A stretch of DNA of 63,326 nt, filler included, from Globobulimina sp. (Eukaryota): assembly GCA_003354225.1 (NCBI GenBank). It is 23 parts of 23 records of this genome, joined end to end, with 100 filler letters (N's around TTAATTAATTAA, not from the genome) between each part and the next. Parts side by side here need not be neighbours in the genome. Positions count along the whole stretch, not along the records: positions 11,041 to 13,700 come from PIVH01005489.1; positions 13,801 to 16,460 come from PIVH01005490.1; positions 16,561 to 19,219 come from PIVH01005491.1; positions 19,320 to 21,978 come from PIVH01005492.1; positions 22,079 to 24,737 come from PIVH01005493.1; 18 more parts are not named here. One strand, given 5' to 3'. The translations under genes were made by a program, and so were the position numbers. Below the pieces are notes generated by a model. It saw only the letters and a list, made by a program, of their open reading frames with translations, had not been told where the DNA came from and made no database searches. Shown one piece after another: positions 11,632 to 22,585 of the stretch (positions are counted from its first letter, which is position 1; every line of letters starts with the position of its first letter).

Positions 11632-13700
11632 ATGGCCTCTTACCAAGTGGTGAACAACATTGCCGTCATCACATGCCAAAACCCTCCGGTAAATCAATTA
11701 TCATACCGATTGCGTGTAGGTCTATTTAATGGCTTAGAATCCGCATTATCCGATCCAAAGGTAATTGCCATTGTAATCAACGCAGATGGCAAGACATTCA
11801 TTGCCGGCGCAGATATCAAAGAGTTTTCCAATGGCATGGCGTTTAAAAAACCACTGAATCAATTTATCGACGCCTTAGATGCGTCGACTAAGCCAGTCGT
11901 AGCAGCTATACATGGCACAGCATTAGGCGGTGGATTCGAAGTGGCGTTAGCTTGCCATTATAGAATCGGGACCTCGCGATGCAAGGTAGGTGTACCTGAG
12001 GTATTAATTGGTTTGTTGCCCGGAGCAGGCGGCACACAGCGGTTACCGCGCTTAGTTGGTCCGATGATTGCGGCAGATATGATATGCAGTGGCAAGCACG
12101 TAAAGGCCAACATAGCTTTGCAACAAGGCATATTGGATAAAGTTGTTCAGATCCAAGCAAACCATCCCTTATCAATGGAACGCCTTATATTGAAAACCAG
12201 CGCTGTTCGCTTTGCGGTTAACATTGCAAACAATGCCTTTGCGGATCGGGTTTTATCACGCAAAATATGTCCAAAAATGGATGAATTTTTTTACACTCAA
12301 GTTCCGATATCCTTGCACTTGCACTCCGAAACAACCTTTTTCAGAAACTGCAAATAATGGGAAATTAAACGTTTCTGAACCTAAGCCATGAAAACTTTTG
12401 TACACAGCTTGCCGCCATGCTCGATAAGTCAGCTCGAGGTTTTTTAGCACCTAAATTATGCTTAGAAGCCGTGCGGGCAGCACAGACCGCAAATAGTTTT
12501 AAAGACGGATTGAAACGAGAACGAGAATTATTTATGAAATTGGCGACAGACTCACAGTCGCGAGCACTGCAACATGTGTTTTTCAGTCAAAGGCAAATTG
12601 CGAAAATACCTGGAATTGATTCCAAGTTAGCATTGGACATTAAAAAAGTCGGCGTGATTGGATGCGGTACCATGGGTGGTGGCATTTTAATGTGCTTTGT
12701 ACAAAAAGGCATTCCGGTGACTGTATTGGAGCCACAACAAAGATTCTTAGACAAAGGCTTGGCGGTGGTCAAAGGGAATTGGATGAGACAAGTTAAAAAA
12801 GGTATTATTTTGTTTTTATTTTAGTTTGAAAGTACGTTAAATATTATCATCTAAATAGGGAGATTAAGTAAGAAGAAATTTGAGCAATATATGAGTTTAA
12901 TCACACCAACGTTGAGTTATTCTGATTTATCGGATGTCGATATTGTGATTGAAGCGGTATTTGAGACATTAGCGATAAAAAAAAAAGTATTCACACAGTT
13001 AGATACTGTGTGCAAAGCAGAATGTATATTGGCTTCGAATACGTCGTATATACCAATTGATAAAATTGCTGCAGTGACCTCGCGGCCAAATAAAGTGGTC
13101 GGTACACACTTCTTTGCGCCTGCAAATAAAATGCAATTATTAGAAAATGTGCGGTTTGAAGGCGGCGCGGATAATATTACCTGTGCCACTGTACAGAAAA
13201 TGGCGAAACGCATTGGTAAAAAAGGAGTGTTGGTGCGGTCATGCAAAGGATTTGTGGGTAATCGGATGTTTATGATACAAGGCATTGAAGCCGCACATAT
13301 GTTATTTGAGGGTGCCACACCCAAACAAGTTGACGATGTCATGTATAATGAGGTTGGCTGTGCTATGGGTATTTTTACTGTCGGGTTCGTATGTATTTGC
13401 TGTCATGTTTCAGTTTCAAACAGCAAAATTGTGAAAATGTTTCAGATTCAAAAATGTTGAAATTGTGCTGGAACATTTTAGTTTGAAGTTTGAAACAAAA
13501 TAATATAAACAATTTGTTTTGCAGTGACTTGTCTGGGATTGATATTGGTTACAAATCGCGTAAAGATTCGGGACGGTTGAAATCAGCGTCAGATTATGGA
13601 ATCGGTGACATTTTGGTGGAAAAATATGGTCGCTTGGGTCTAAAAGTAGGCAAAGGATATTATGATTATCCAAACCTACCCAAATCACGAAAAGGTGTAC
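11632..13700 (+). CDS. EHHADH: Peroxisomal multifunctional enzyme (enoyl-CoA hydratase / 3-hydroxyacyl-CoA dehydrogenase), 3'-truncated
   Basis: FIAGADIKEF, ALGGGFEVALACHYR, PEVLIGLLPGAGGTQRLPRL, GVIGCGTMGGGI, VIEAVFE, LASNTS, GTHFFAPA. Introns 12301-12407, 12802-12858 and 13385-13524 restore the frame. Confidence 0.93.
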
Positions 13701-13887
13701 NNNNNNNNNNNNNNNNNNNNNNNNNNNNNNNNNNNNNNNNNNNNTTAATTAATTAANNNNNNNNNNNNNNNNNNNNNNNNNNNNNNNNNNNNNNNNNNNN
13801 CATACTATTTGTAGCCATGGTTCTAAAAGAGAAGTTTTTAAGTATTTATCTTGCACAGAAAAACAACAACAACAAGACAACAATTAA

Positions 13888-16449
13888 TTAAGTGTTTGTT
13901 TGATTTAGCACGTCTTTAAATGCGTATTCAACAACAAATGGAAACATTTCGGAAGGTAACCAGTACCAAGAATGTTCATCGTCAACTTTCGTTTCATTTG
14001 TAATTTCCTTTTTTGTGGGCAATATGTGTTTTAAATTATTTAATACATTATCAGCCAAACTAAAATATTTATTTAAATCAACATTATTTTTTTGTAATTT
14101 TAATTGTTTATTTTTCCAAATTATATTACCATTTTTTTTATCAATATTAATATTTAATAATGAGTTTAATGATTGATTATTTATGCATCGATGAGAATAA
14201 TTACCGGATTTAATATCAATAGTATAAAGTGGCAGAAATTTCCATGCGTTTTGACAAATATATTTCACCACATTTGTAATATACTGCAATTCAATTTTAT
14301 TCAGCGTAAAATGTAAATTTAATGTAAAATATCCAGGTTTTGAGAATTGATTTCCGTATTCCCGCATTTGTCGAATCATATGTTTTATTTCATCATCGCT
14401 TAAATTTAATGAATATTTGCAATACAAACCACACTTTGATGAATAAGGTATGCCCTGAATACCAAATAAATCATTGATCAATGCACTTATATAATTATAA
14501 TGTAAATATTTATTTTTATATTTTATTTCAAATGATATGATTGGTACTCGATTGTGGCCGTTAATATTATAGAAATTATTATTATCCCCAACAAGGTTTA
14601 AATTTTTAATATTCCCGCAATGTTTAAGGAAATAATTCAAATTGTATTCATTTTTGAGTTTTATATAAGAGGTAGAAATTAAATCTTTAATGAAAAAAGA
14701 TAGTGACGATTTGATACAGGCAATAATATTTAACACATCATTTTCTTCTCTTTCTTCAATATTATTCAAATATAAATATTCACCATGGCCTAAGCCATAC
14801 GAATAAAACATGTTACCTGCAATTATTGGGCTATCATTTATAAATAACCCCTTTTTTGCGCATAAAATACCATAACTACCAATACCACCCACAAATGTAT
14901 GCGTCGATAGAAATATTGCATCATAATTATTTAATGACATATTGATTGGAATATAGCCAGCAACATATGAGAAATCCCAAAATGACAACGCTCCGAATCT
15001 ATGCAATAATAATGTTATTAATTTATGCTGCATTATAATACCATTTACGTTGCACACAACACAAAAACTACCAATTAACAATTTATATTTTAATTTCATC
15101 TCTGATGTACTATATATTTTTAAATATTTTTCTAATATCTCAATATCAATACTATTATTATGGTTTGCTGGAATTATTATGATTTTACATCCTAATTCTT
15201 TCCATATAAATATGTTCGATTCTCTTTCATAAATTGATACGAACACAATGCTGGATCTACCTTCAAATTTGTCATTATTCGTTAATAAGATATTGGCCAT
15301 TTTATAAATTGCATCTGCCGATGATGTGCCTGTATATATCAATGCATCGGACTTTATGTTTCCGCCAATTGATTTTAATATTATCGATTTCGATTCTAAT
15401 ACAAATTTGTTTGTTTGTATCGATGTAATATTTGTCGCTATCCATGACGATGCATATGATTTATTGCATGAATATAATGGCAACACACATGATTCTATAT
15501 ATTTTTCGATACATTTTAATGCTTTTCCGCCATGCGATGCTTTGATTATGCGGCGTGCACCAAATGGGGATAAAAACATTTCATTCTGACCATAAATATC
15601 ATCATGTAAAAATTTAATCAATTTTTCTCTGTTATTATGATCATTTTCGTTTCCTATTTGCTGTACATATTGCATTGATATCAAGTCTCTAAATCTATCG
15701 GTATATAAATCATATTTTTTGTCTTCAACATCACCAAATTGCAAATATTGATTGTTCCCATTGGATTTTGAGCGCGTTTTAGTATGTACAACATTCAGTA
15801 AATGTTTTAGAGGAATTTTTATCTCGCCGTCTGATATACTTTTCTTGTGTCGTCTTCTCTTAATTGTTATCCTTTGTGTCTGCTTATTAAATATTTCTAA
15901 TTGTTTCTCATTCTCACATTCATATTCATAATTTTGTCGACTCACTTTTTCTTCTTCGTGCTGACAGGAACCGAGTGATGCTGTTTTCTGCATTTCTATA
16001 ATATGCATATTCCTCTCTCGTAAACTTAAATTGCTCAAATTAGTCACATTCATATTTCTAATTTTATTATATTGCGCATCACAAAATGTTAAATGCGCTT
16101 TGATTGCATTGTCATACGAATAGAGAATTCCTTTTAATTTATCAATTTCTTTCCACAAATCATTTATTGTATATTGCAGTTGCAATTCATTTGTGGCTCT
16201 TGCCTCAATAACATGTGATCGCTTCAATTGAGAATTATATGTTTCTGAGATGTTCTCTTTTATCTCACCCATAAATTCTTGCAATATATGCATGCTATTT
16301 ATAGAATTTGTATTCTGCTCAACTTGCAATTGAGGAGAGTCTAGATCTACTTTGCTCTCTTTACAATCGTTACAATGCTCATCGGATTTAGATTGGCGAC
16401 GAGGTTTATTACAATTATTACTGGCCATGGCTTGCTGTTCCAAATACAT
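13888..16449 (-). CDS. Coiled-coil + aminotransferase class V (cysteine desulfurase-like) protein, catalytically degenerate
   Basis: FLSPFGARRI, HRFGALSFWD, DAIFLS.H.FVGG..S.G.L.AKK, LHYNYISALINDLFGIQ and KPGYFTLNL match the family; key residues are substituted. Confidence 0.8.
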   Translation of the reverse strand: MYLEQQAMASNNCNKPRRQSKSDEHCNDCKESKVDLDSPQLQVEQNTNSINSMHILQEFMGEIKENISETYNSQLKRSHVIEARATNELQLQYTINDLWKEIDKLKGILYSYDNAIKAHLTFCDAQYNKIRNMNVTNLSNLSLRERNMHIIEMQKTASLGSCQHEEEKVSRQNYEYECENEKQLEIFNKQTQRITIKRRRHKKSISDGEIKIPLKHLLNVVHTKTRSKSNGNNQYLQFGDVEDKKYDLYTDRFRDLISMQYVQQIGNENDHNNREKLIKFLHDDIYGQNEMFLSPFGARRIIKASHGGKALKCIEKYIESCVLPLYSCNKSYASSWIATNITSIQTNKFVLESKSIILKSIGGNIKSDALIYTGTSSADAIYKMANILLTNNDKFEGRSSIVFVSIYERESNIFIWKELGCKIIIIPANHNNSIDIEILEKYLKIYSTSEMKLKYKLLIGSFCVVCNVNGIIMQHKLITLLLHRFGALSFWDFSYVAGYIPINMSLNNYDAIFLSTHTFVGGIGSYGILCAKKGLFINDSPIIAGNMFYSYGLGHGEYLYLNNIEEREENDVLNIIACIKSSLSFFIKDLISTSYIKLKNEYNLNYFLKHCGNIKNLNLVGDNNNFYNINGHNRVPIISFEIKYKNKYLHYNYISALINDLFGIQGIPYSSKCGLYCKYSLNLSDDEIKHMIRQMREYGNQFSKPGYFTLNLHFTLNKIELQYITNVVKYICQNAWKFLPLYTIDIKSGNYSHRCINNQSLNSLLNINIDKKNGNIIWKNKQLKLQKNNVDLNKYFSLADNVLNNLKHILPTKKEITNETKVDDEHSWYWLPSEMFPFVVEYAFKDVLNQTNT

Positions 16450-16560
16450 GTTTTCTTTCANNNNNNNNNNNNNNNNNNNNNNNNNNNNNNNNNNNNNNNN
16501 NNNNTTAATTAATTAANNNNNNNNNNNNNNNNNNNNNNNNNNNNNNNNNNNNNNNNNNNN

Positions 16561-17075
16561 CATGTTCATGTTTTCTTTACCTGTCTCAGCCCATGCAGGC
16601 GAGGAAGATGTCTTGCGGCTACTGATTTGGGAAGGGCACGCACCGAGACAACACGTCGAGGAGTTCGAGAAACAGATCGAAGCGAAGTATGGGCGAAAAG
16701 TGACTTTGCAAATATCATACGTGACAGGCTCCGATGATTTCTATAGCTCGGTAAGACGCAAAACCGTTGATATGGTAATGATGACACATCACCTCTTCAA
16801 GGATGAGCGCTTCAATTACATTAAAAGCAAGCTTCTACTCCCCCTTGACCTGAAGAACATTCCCGACTTCAGGCATGTGATACCTGCTATTCAGAAAGCG
16901 GAATACCTGTACAGTAAGGGGCAAGTGTATGCGTGCCCCGAGAGTCAAGGCCCCTATGGCCTGGCCTACAACACATCACTGCTGAAAGAAGAGCCGAAGA
17001 GTTGGGATATCCTCTGGGATCCCCGGTTCAAGGGCAAATATGTCATCGGTGCCAATGAGTACATCTACAACGCCA
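16561..17075 (+). other. Bacterial PotD/PotF-like ABC substrate-binding protein fragment
   Basis: Signal-peptide end (SAHA|GEE), LRLLIWEGHAP, LLPLDLKNIPDF, GPYGLAYNT, PKSWDILWDPRFKGKY. GC content is clearly higher than in the rest of the contig. Confidence 0.85.
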
Positions 17076-19087
17076 TTATCAACTACCGCATCAAAGGCAA
17101 AATGTTAATCAAATACACACGCGACCAATTTTGCGACGAATTGCCGTGGATTAAGGTCTCCACAAAATCTCTGTTATACGACAGATTGCGCGAGTTAAGT
17201 GATGACGAAATAAATGCATATCTATCCAAAGTAAACCAGACCAACCCCTGCGATGAGGACACACCCTCCAAAACCATCCAATTACCCGCTTATTTGGCAC
17301 AGATTGATATGACTCCCCCGCAGCGGGCACGTGGCAGTGATATGAAATATTCCTTATCCAGCTGTACAGCACAGGAATTCCAGATATTTGTATACATTTT
17401 ATGTAAATGTACAGGTGCAGCGTATTCAGAGAGTGACATAGAAACATTACTGAATGTGCTCATTTTGTTAGGTATCACCGGCGCACAATTTATGCAGTTC
17501 AAACGTACTGATTTCTGTCGCAAATTAAAGCCATATAATATTAAGGCTGCCATTGCAAGCAAACTGTATAAGGCACTGTTGTCAAACAGTCATAATATAT
17601 ATCAATATATGCACAAACATAAAATCTCTTTAATTTTACATAAAAAAGCCGCACAAATACAATCTCCGTTGACTCCGCTGACTCCGCTGGAGACCAAATA
17701 CAATGATGAAGTCGTGAGCGAATTAGTAAACTTACACTATGGCACCAAAAGTGAATGTATCGCGGCCTCTGCAGTGACTATAAATTATTGGGATATTAAT
17801 GAGGTCGCAGATACGTTGAATATTAATAATGACGGTTATAATGATGGAATGGATGGATATGGCCCTGGATTTATATATAATTTGTGCAGTCTGAATGGTT
17901 ATAATAAGAGTGATATTGAAGCGGTGTTATCTGCACTTTGTAATGTGAATAATAGCGAGTTTATGGAGATGAAACGCATTGATTTTGTGCACAAATTGAA
18001 ACCGTATGGCATTAAAGGCGGGAAAGCATCGAAAATATATAAACTAATCATGGAGAATAAGGAGGACATTGTTAGGGAAGTCTGCGAAGAACATTTTGAT
18101 ACGCAATCAAATAATAATTCTGGCTCAATTGTTGAATATTCGACGGATAAATTGCAATTAGATAAGGACAACTCGCCCAATTCTACGATTTCTGAGGACG
18201 GCGATCGCGACGATGAGAAACATGAAGAGATTGAAAGTGATAAATATGATAAATTTGATAGCAATGAGTTTAATGTGGCAATGTGTAATGAAGCGGAGTT
18301 TGTGTTGTTTGTGCTTAATTTCTGTATAAAACACGAATTTAATGCACAAGATATTAAATGTATAACGAGCGCATTGTCGAAAATGAGTATGAATGGCGAA
18401 GAGTTTATGGGTATGAAACGTGTGAAATTCTGTCGTAATTTGCGGGAATATGAGATCAAAAGTGCGGTGGCATCGAAATTGTATAAGTTAATTATGGAGA
18501 AACATGAAAATATTAAACAGTATTTAGCACAAAATACGGCTACAGATTTAAACAAATCCGACGTAGATTTAGATTCGCAAAGAAATACAAATACAGATAA
18601 TGGTGAATTATGCGCGTATACACTGTCAAAATTTGCAGTATGTGATTTTGAGATTTCTGCAAATAAAATGTTACATAAAATGAATGAATGTATGAAAAAA
18701 AATATGGTGAATGGAATGGAATTGGTGCAACATTTTGAGAATAAACGCAAATTAGAAATGTATTTGGAAGTGAATGTACCACGAAAATGTGTGAATGTGC
18801 TATGTGGTTTGTTATGGAATGAGTATGAAAGGAATAATGATATAAATACGACAATAAATACGTATGATAGGAAACAATTATTGAAATATTTTATTGTTTT
18901 GTATATGTATCATGTTAAATGTGTTGTGATTAAGCATGATTTGAATGAAAATAAGTTTATGTCGTTGAAACGGAAAGAAATTTGTGATATATTTATTGGT
19001 GAATGTGGTTTTAGCATTGGTGTTGCCACAAAGATTGTTGATAAGATTTATAATAAAATTAATAAATCCAAACAATTGCAACAGTAA
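17076..19087 (+). CDS. Protein with repeated SAM-like helical modules
   Basis: At least four repeats of the form (I/M)xGxxFMxxKRxxFxxxLxxYxIKxxxASK(L/I)YKx(I/L); in frame with the bacterial segment. Confidence 0.65.
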
Positions 19088-19442
19088 AGTTTTCTATTTA
19101 CATTAATTTCTACATTGTATTATTTTGCATAAGTAACATAAGTGTAATAGTGAACCATCAAAACCAGTATTTTTAATTTATAAACACAGTTTAATATTGT
19201 AATTAATTTATGGTTGGGGNNNNNNNNNNNNNNNNNNNNNNNNNNNNNNNNNNNNNNNNNNNNTTAATTAATTAANNNNNNNNNNNNNNNNNNNNNNNNN
19301 NNNNNNNNNNNNNNNNNNNTACCACGCGATGGATACATATCCCATCAATATAAAGTTGCATTGAGTTTTCCTTTTTTTTCGAGGGAATTAAATAAAAATG
19401 ATCCCATCTCAGAGTGCGCAGTAAAAAAAAAACGACAAAAGC

Positions 19443-20832
19443 ATGTCAATCCAAAGTCAACCAGATATTAGCAATCCATTATTAGCAGGGAATGCAGGGA
19501 TGGATGATTCAAATTTTTCAGTCGATAAAAGTACAAATTCAATTGGAAATAACAACGTCGCCCTATTATCGGTGAAACATCGTTCTAACTCAGACCCGAC
19601 ACACAAGGCAACCTATGATAGCACCTCCAATTTACCAAACTTACAACACACCCATTTCGCCACTGGTTTAATGCCAATACTCGGTGACGAAGTAGCTCAC
19701 GGAATGCGGCCTAACTACACTTCGCTGTCTTCGCATAAAACTACATTGCAACAAGCAGCAGGCAGTCAAATATTGGCAGTATTTTTATTATGCAGTGTGA
19801 GTCTCGGTGTCGGTGTGTTTGTATTGCCCGGAATTATGTTAATAACTGGCATTGGTCCAGGCATTGTAATGTTGGCCTTCTATGCGTTTCTCGCATTGTA
19901 TACACAATTAATTGTATTGGAATGTGCAGAAAAGGCAAACGCAAAAGGCTATGAACAGTTAGCTTCGTATTCCTTGGGTCGTTTAGGCGAATTTTTATTA
20001 GGTATGAATGCCACATAAAATGCATGAAAACACTCATTTTAATGTCCAATGTATAAACAGCGTTCTTTATGACCCTCAGTTTATTGATGGGGAACTGCGG
20101 CCATATACAAACAGTGGGGGAACTTTTACATGATTTAATTGATTGGTTTTATACTGATCAGTATGAGGATTATTCTTTTGGTTGGAAAAAAACTGCGATT
20201 TTGTACTGTGTCATGTTAAGCTTAACCTTGCCATGGCTCTTTCAAAGGTCCTTGCGAGGCTTATCTGGTGTGGGCACACTCTCTGTCATCACTGTCATAG
20301 TCACTGCTATAAGTCTCACAATTGTGTGTGCCGTCAAGTTAGTCTCTGGCGAAGGAGCCACTGCTGATAAAGCGCCAGAGTATGGATTTCAAAAAATAAC
20401 TACCAATCAATTCTGGGTTACTGATTTTTGGCGAGCTTGTCCAGCCATCGCATTTGTGTATACACCGTTGCTGGAATTGTTTCCAGTTTATACGGAGTTG
20501 AATCATAAGTGAGTTTATCTGCGGAAACAAAACAGTTTTTGGTGAAAAACTCATTTTAACACATTTTCACGGATAAACTTATATTCTACACAGAGATGCG
20601 TCTAAAACAAGACCAAGTGTATACATTGCGACATTGATATGTTTTGTAGTGTATACAGTTGTTTCAGTTGTTGTTGTCATGACATATGGGACTGATATAC
20701 AATCCAATTCATTATACAATGTACCTCCCGATAATTATTGGATAACTTTCTTGTGTTTTATGTTGGTGATTGTGATTACTTTGTTGTATCCGGTTATAAA
20801 TTATCCAATGTTGAATGCTTTAGAAACTATAT
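19443..20832 (+). CDS. Amino-acid transporter (AAAP/SLC38-like), 3' end interrupted
   Basis: LCSVSLGVGVFVLP, YEQLASYSLG, LRGLSGVGTLSV, CPAIAFVY, YP.INYP. Introns 20002-20060 and 20509-20593. Confidence 0.85.
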
Positions 20833-20934
20833 ATGCACGAAAACACTCATCTTAATGTCGAATATATAAACAGCGTTCTTTATGACCCTCAGTTTATTGA
20901 TGGGGAACTGCGGCCATATACAAACAGTGGGGGA
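20833..20934 (+). repeat. Second copy of 20020-20121 (102-bp direct repeat covering an intron end and exon start)
   Basis: Direct comparison: 4 mismatches, all in the intronic part; the exonic part is identical. Confidence 0.9.
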
Positions 20935-21499
20935 GCACTAAGCAATCATCACACAATAATCCAATCTATAATAATTCCAATTCAAATCGTCCTTTCCCAC
21001 GTACCATAATAACCACCATTCAAATCCTATTTATTTTCCATTTCAATTCTAAATTGCTTGGATTTGGTGGCGGACAATTGCACAATTTTTTCTTATTTTC
21101 ATATCATTTATTCTTGTTGCTTCTGATTGTCAGGTGAGACTAACTACCATGGGAACCAATCCAATCCGATATATAATGTTGTTTTGATCCAATGCAGCAT
21201 AGTTATCCAAAATATTCGATTCTCATGATCTCCATGCTCGACTTGATGATTTCTAGTTGAGTCACACTGAAAAACTTTGTATCTCCACATCGTTGAGGAA
21301 TTTGGCAAAATAACGTTTACCACATGAATCACACTAAAACTTTGTATTAGATCACTAAATATCATTGGTTTTGGGAAACAACTTAAAAAGCTTAATAAGT
21401 AAGGTAATGAATATTGAGGTTTTTGTATTTAGAAAGATTTTGCAGCTGCTGTGATAATGCGTCGTCGACATGAGTACACTGTGATACATGAGTGCAAAC

Positions 21500-21978
21500 A
21501 ATATTTATGGCCGTTAATGGAGAAAATCAATGATAACGTCACTAATCAGTTGGCAAATACTGTGATTGTTGCAATAATATTGTTCATCTTATACAGCACT
21601 AAAGCCTTATTGTTGGCGTATTCAAATGAAGGGATTTCTGATATGAGAGCTCGTATAAGTCGTATTGCTTCAAATTTATATCTTTATATATATTTATGAG
21701 AAAGCGCTAATTTTAGATTTAAGTGAATGCGATAAAAAACAAGTTATCAGTATTGTGGGCACTGATGTCGAAGCAATAAAATGGGGCCTATGGTATGTAT
21801 TTTTGGGTATCAGTGCAATGATTGGTTTTTTGTGTGCAATGCTTTTCTTATATGTAATGGTTGGGGTTTCTGCTATATTCGGAATAGTATTTATAATATT
21901 TATTGCCATTCCATGTCAGTTATTTGTCGGTTATAAGTTATCGTATTATGGCCAGTTAAGACAAAGTTGCACCGATAA
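21500..21978 (+). pseudogene. ABCC/MRP transporter TMD fragment with a frame disruption
   Basis: MRARISRIASNL / IYEKAL, QVISIVGTDVE, LYVMVGVSAIFG, IPCQ..TD. An apparent ~13-bp AT-rich insertion near 21680-21692 shifts the frame. Confidence 0.6.
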
Positions 21979-22079
21979 NNNNNNNNNNNNNNNNNNNNNN
22001 NNNNNNNNNNNNNNNNNNNNNNTTAATTAATTAANNNNNNNNNNNNNNNNNNNNNNNNNNNNNNNNNNNNNNNNNNNNG

Positions 22080-22226
22080 GATTTAAAAAATTATAAATTA
22101 TCTTTTAAGACAGGAGGTCAAGAGACTGGTGTTATTATTCAAAATTTACCACAAGAAAATTATCGAATGATTGTAACATTGTATAATAAACAACAAATAG
22201 AACTTGTTTCGTTTAATTGTAATTAG
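22080..22226 (+). CDS. C-terminal fragment of a SPRY/B30.2-like protein
   Basis: Manual translation DLKNYKLSFKTGGQETGVIIQNLPQENYRMIVTLYNKQQIELV*; not in the ORF track. Confidence 0.45.
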   Translation, partial: DLKNYKLSFKTGGQETGVIIQNLPQENYRMIVTLYNKQQIELVSFNCN

Positions 22227-22585
22227 CAATATCCGCAATAAAACTGATTATATAATAAGTTAAGTGCGACAATTGTTCAGTCGTACCTACAGTCCGCATA
22301 CTTTAGAATACTACCTTTTGGAAACCCCGCGTGTTTGAAATCCTATGAAGATTTACATGCAGCGAGTGCAAGGATAATGTATATAATTTCAAAAGAAACC
22401 TTAAAATATAATAATAATTTATAAAATATTACCAAATTATACCAACAACAAAACTACTTGCATGCAACACATATAATTTGATCACCAAAAAAAAGATAGA
22501 GAACAGAAAAAATATATAAATAAACTAATATTTAACATTGACATTGTGACCGCAACACTGAATAGAGAGTCAGGGTGAGGGTATT

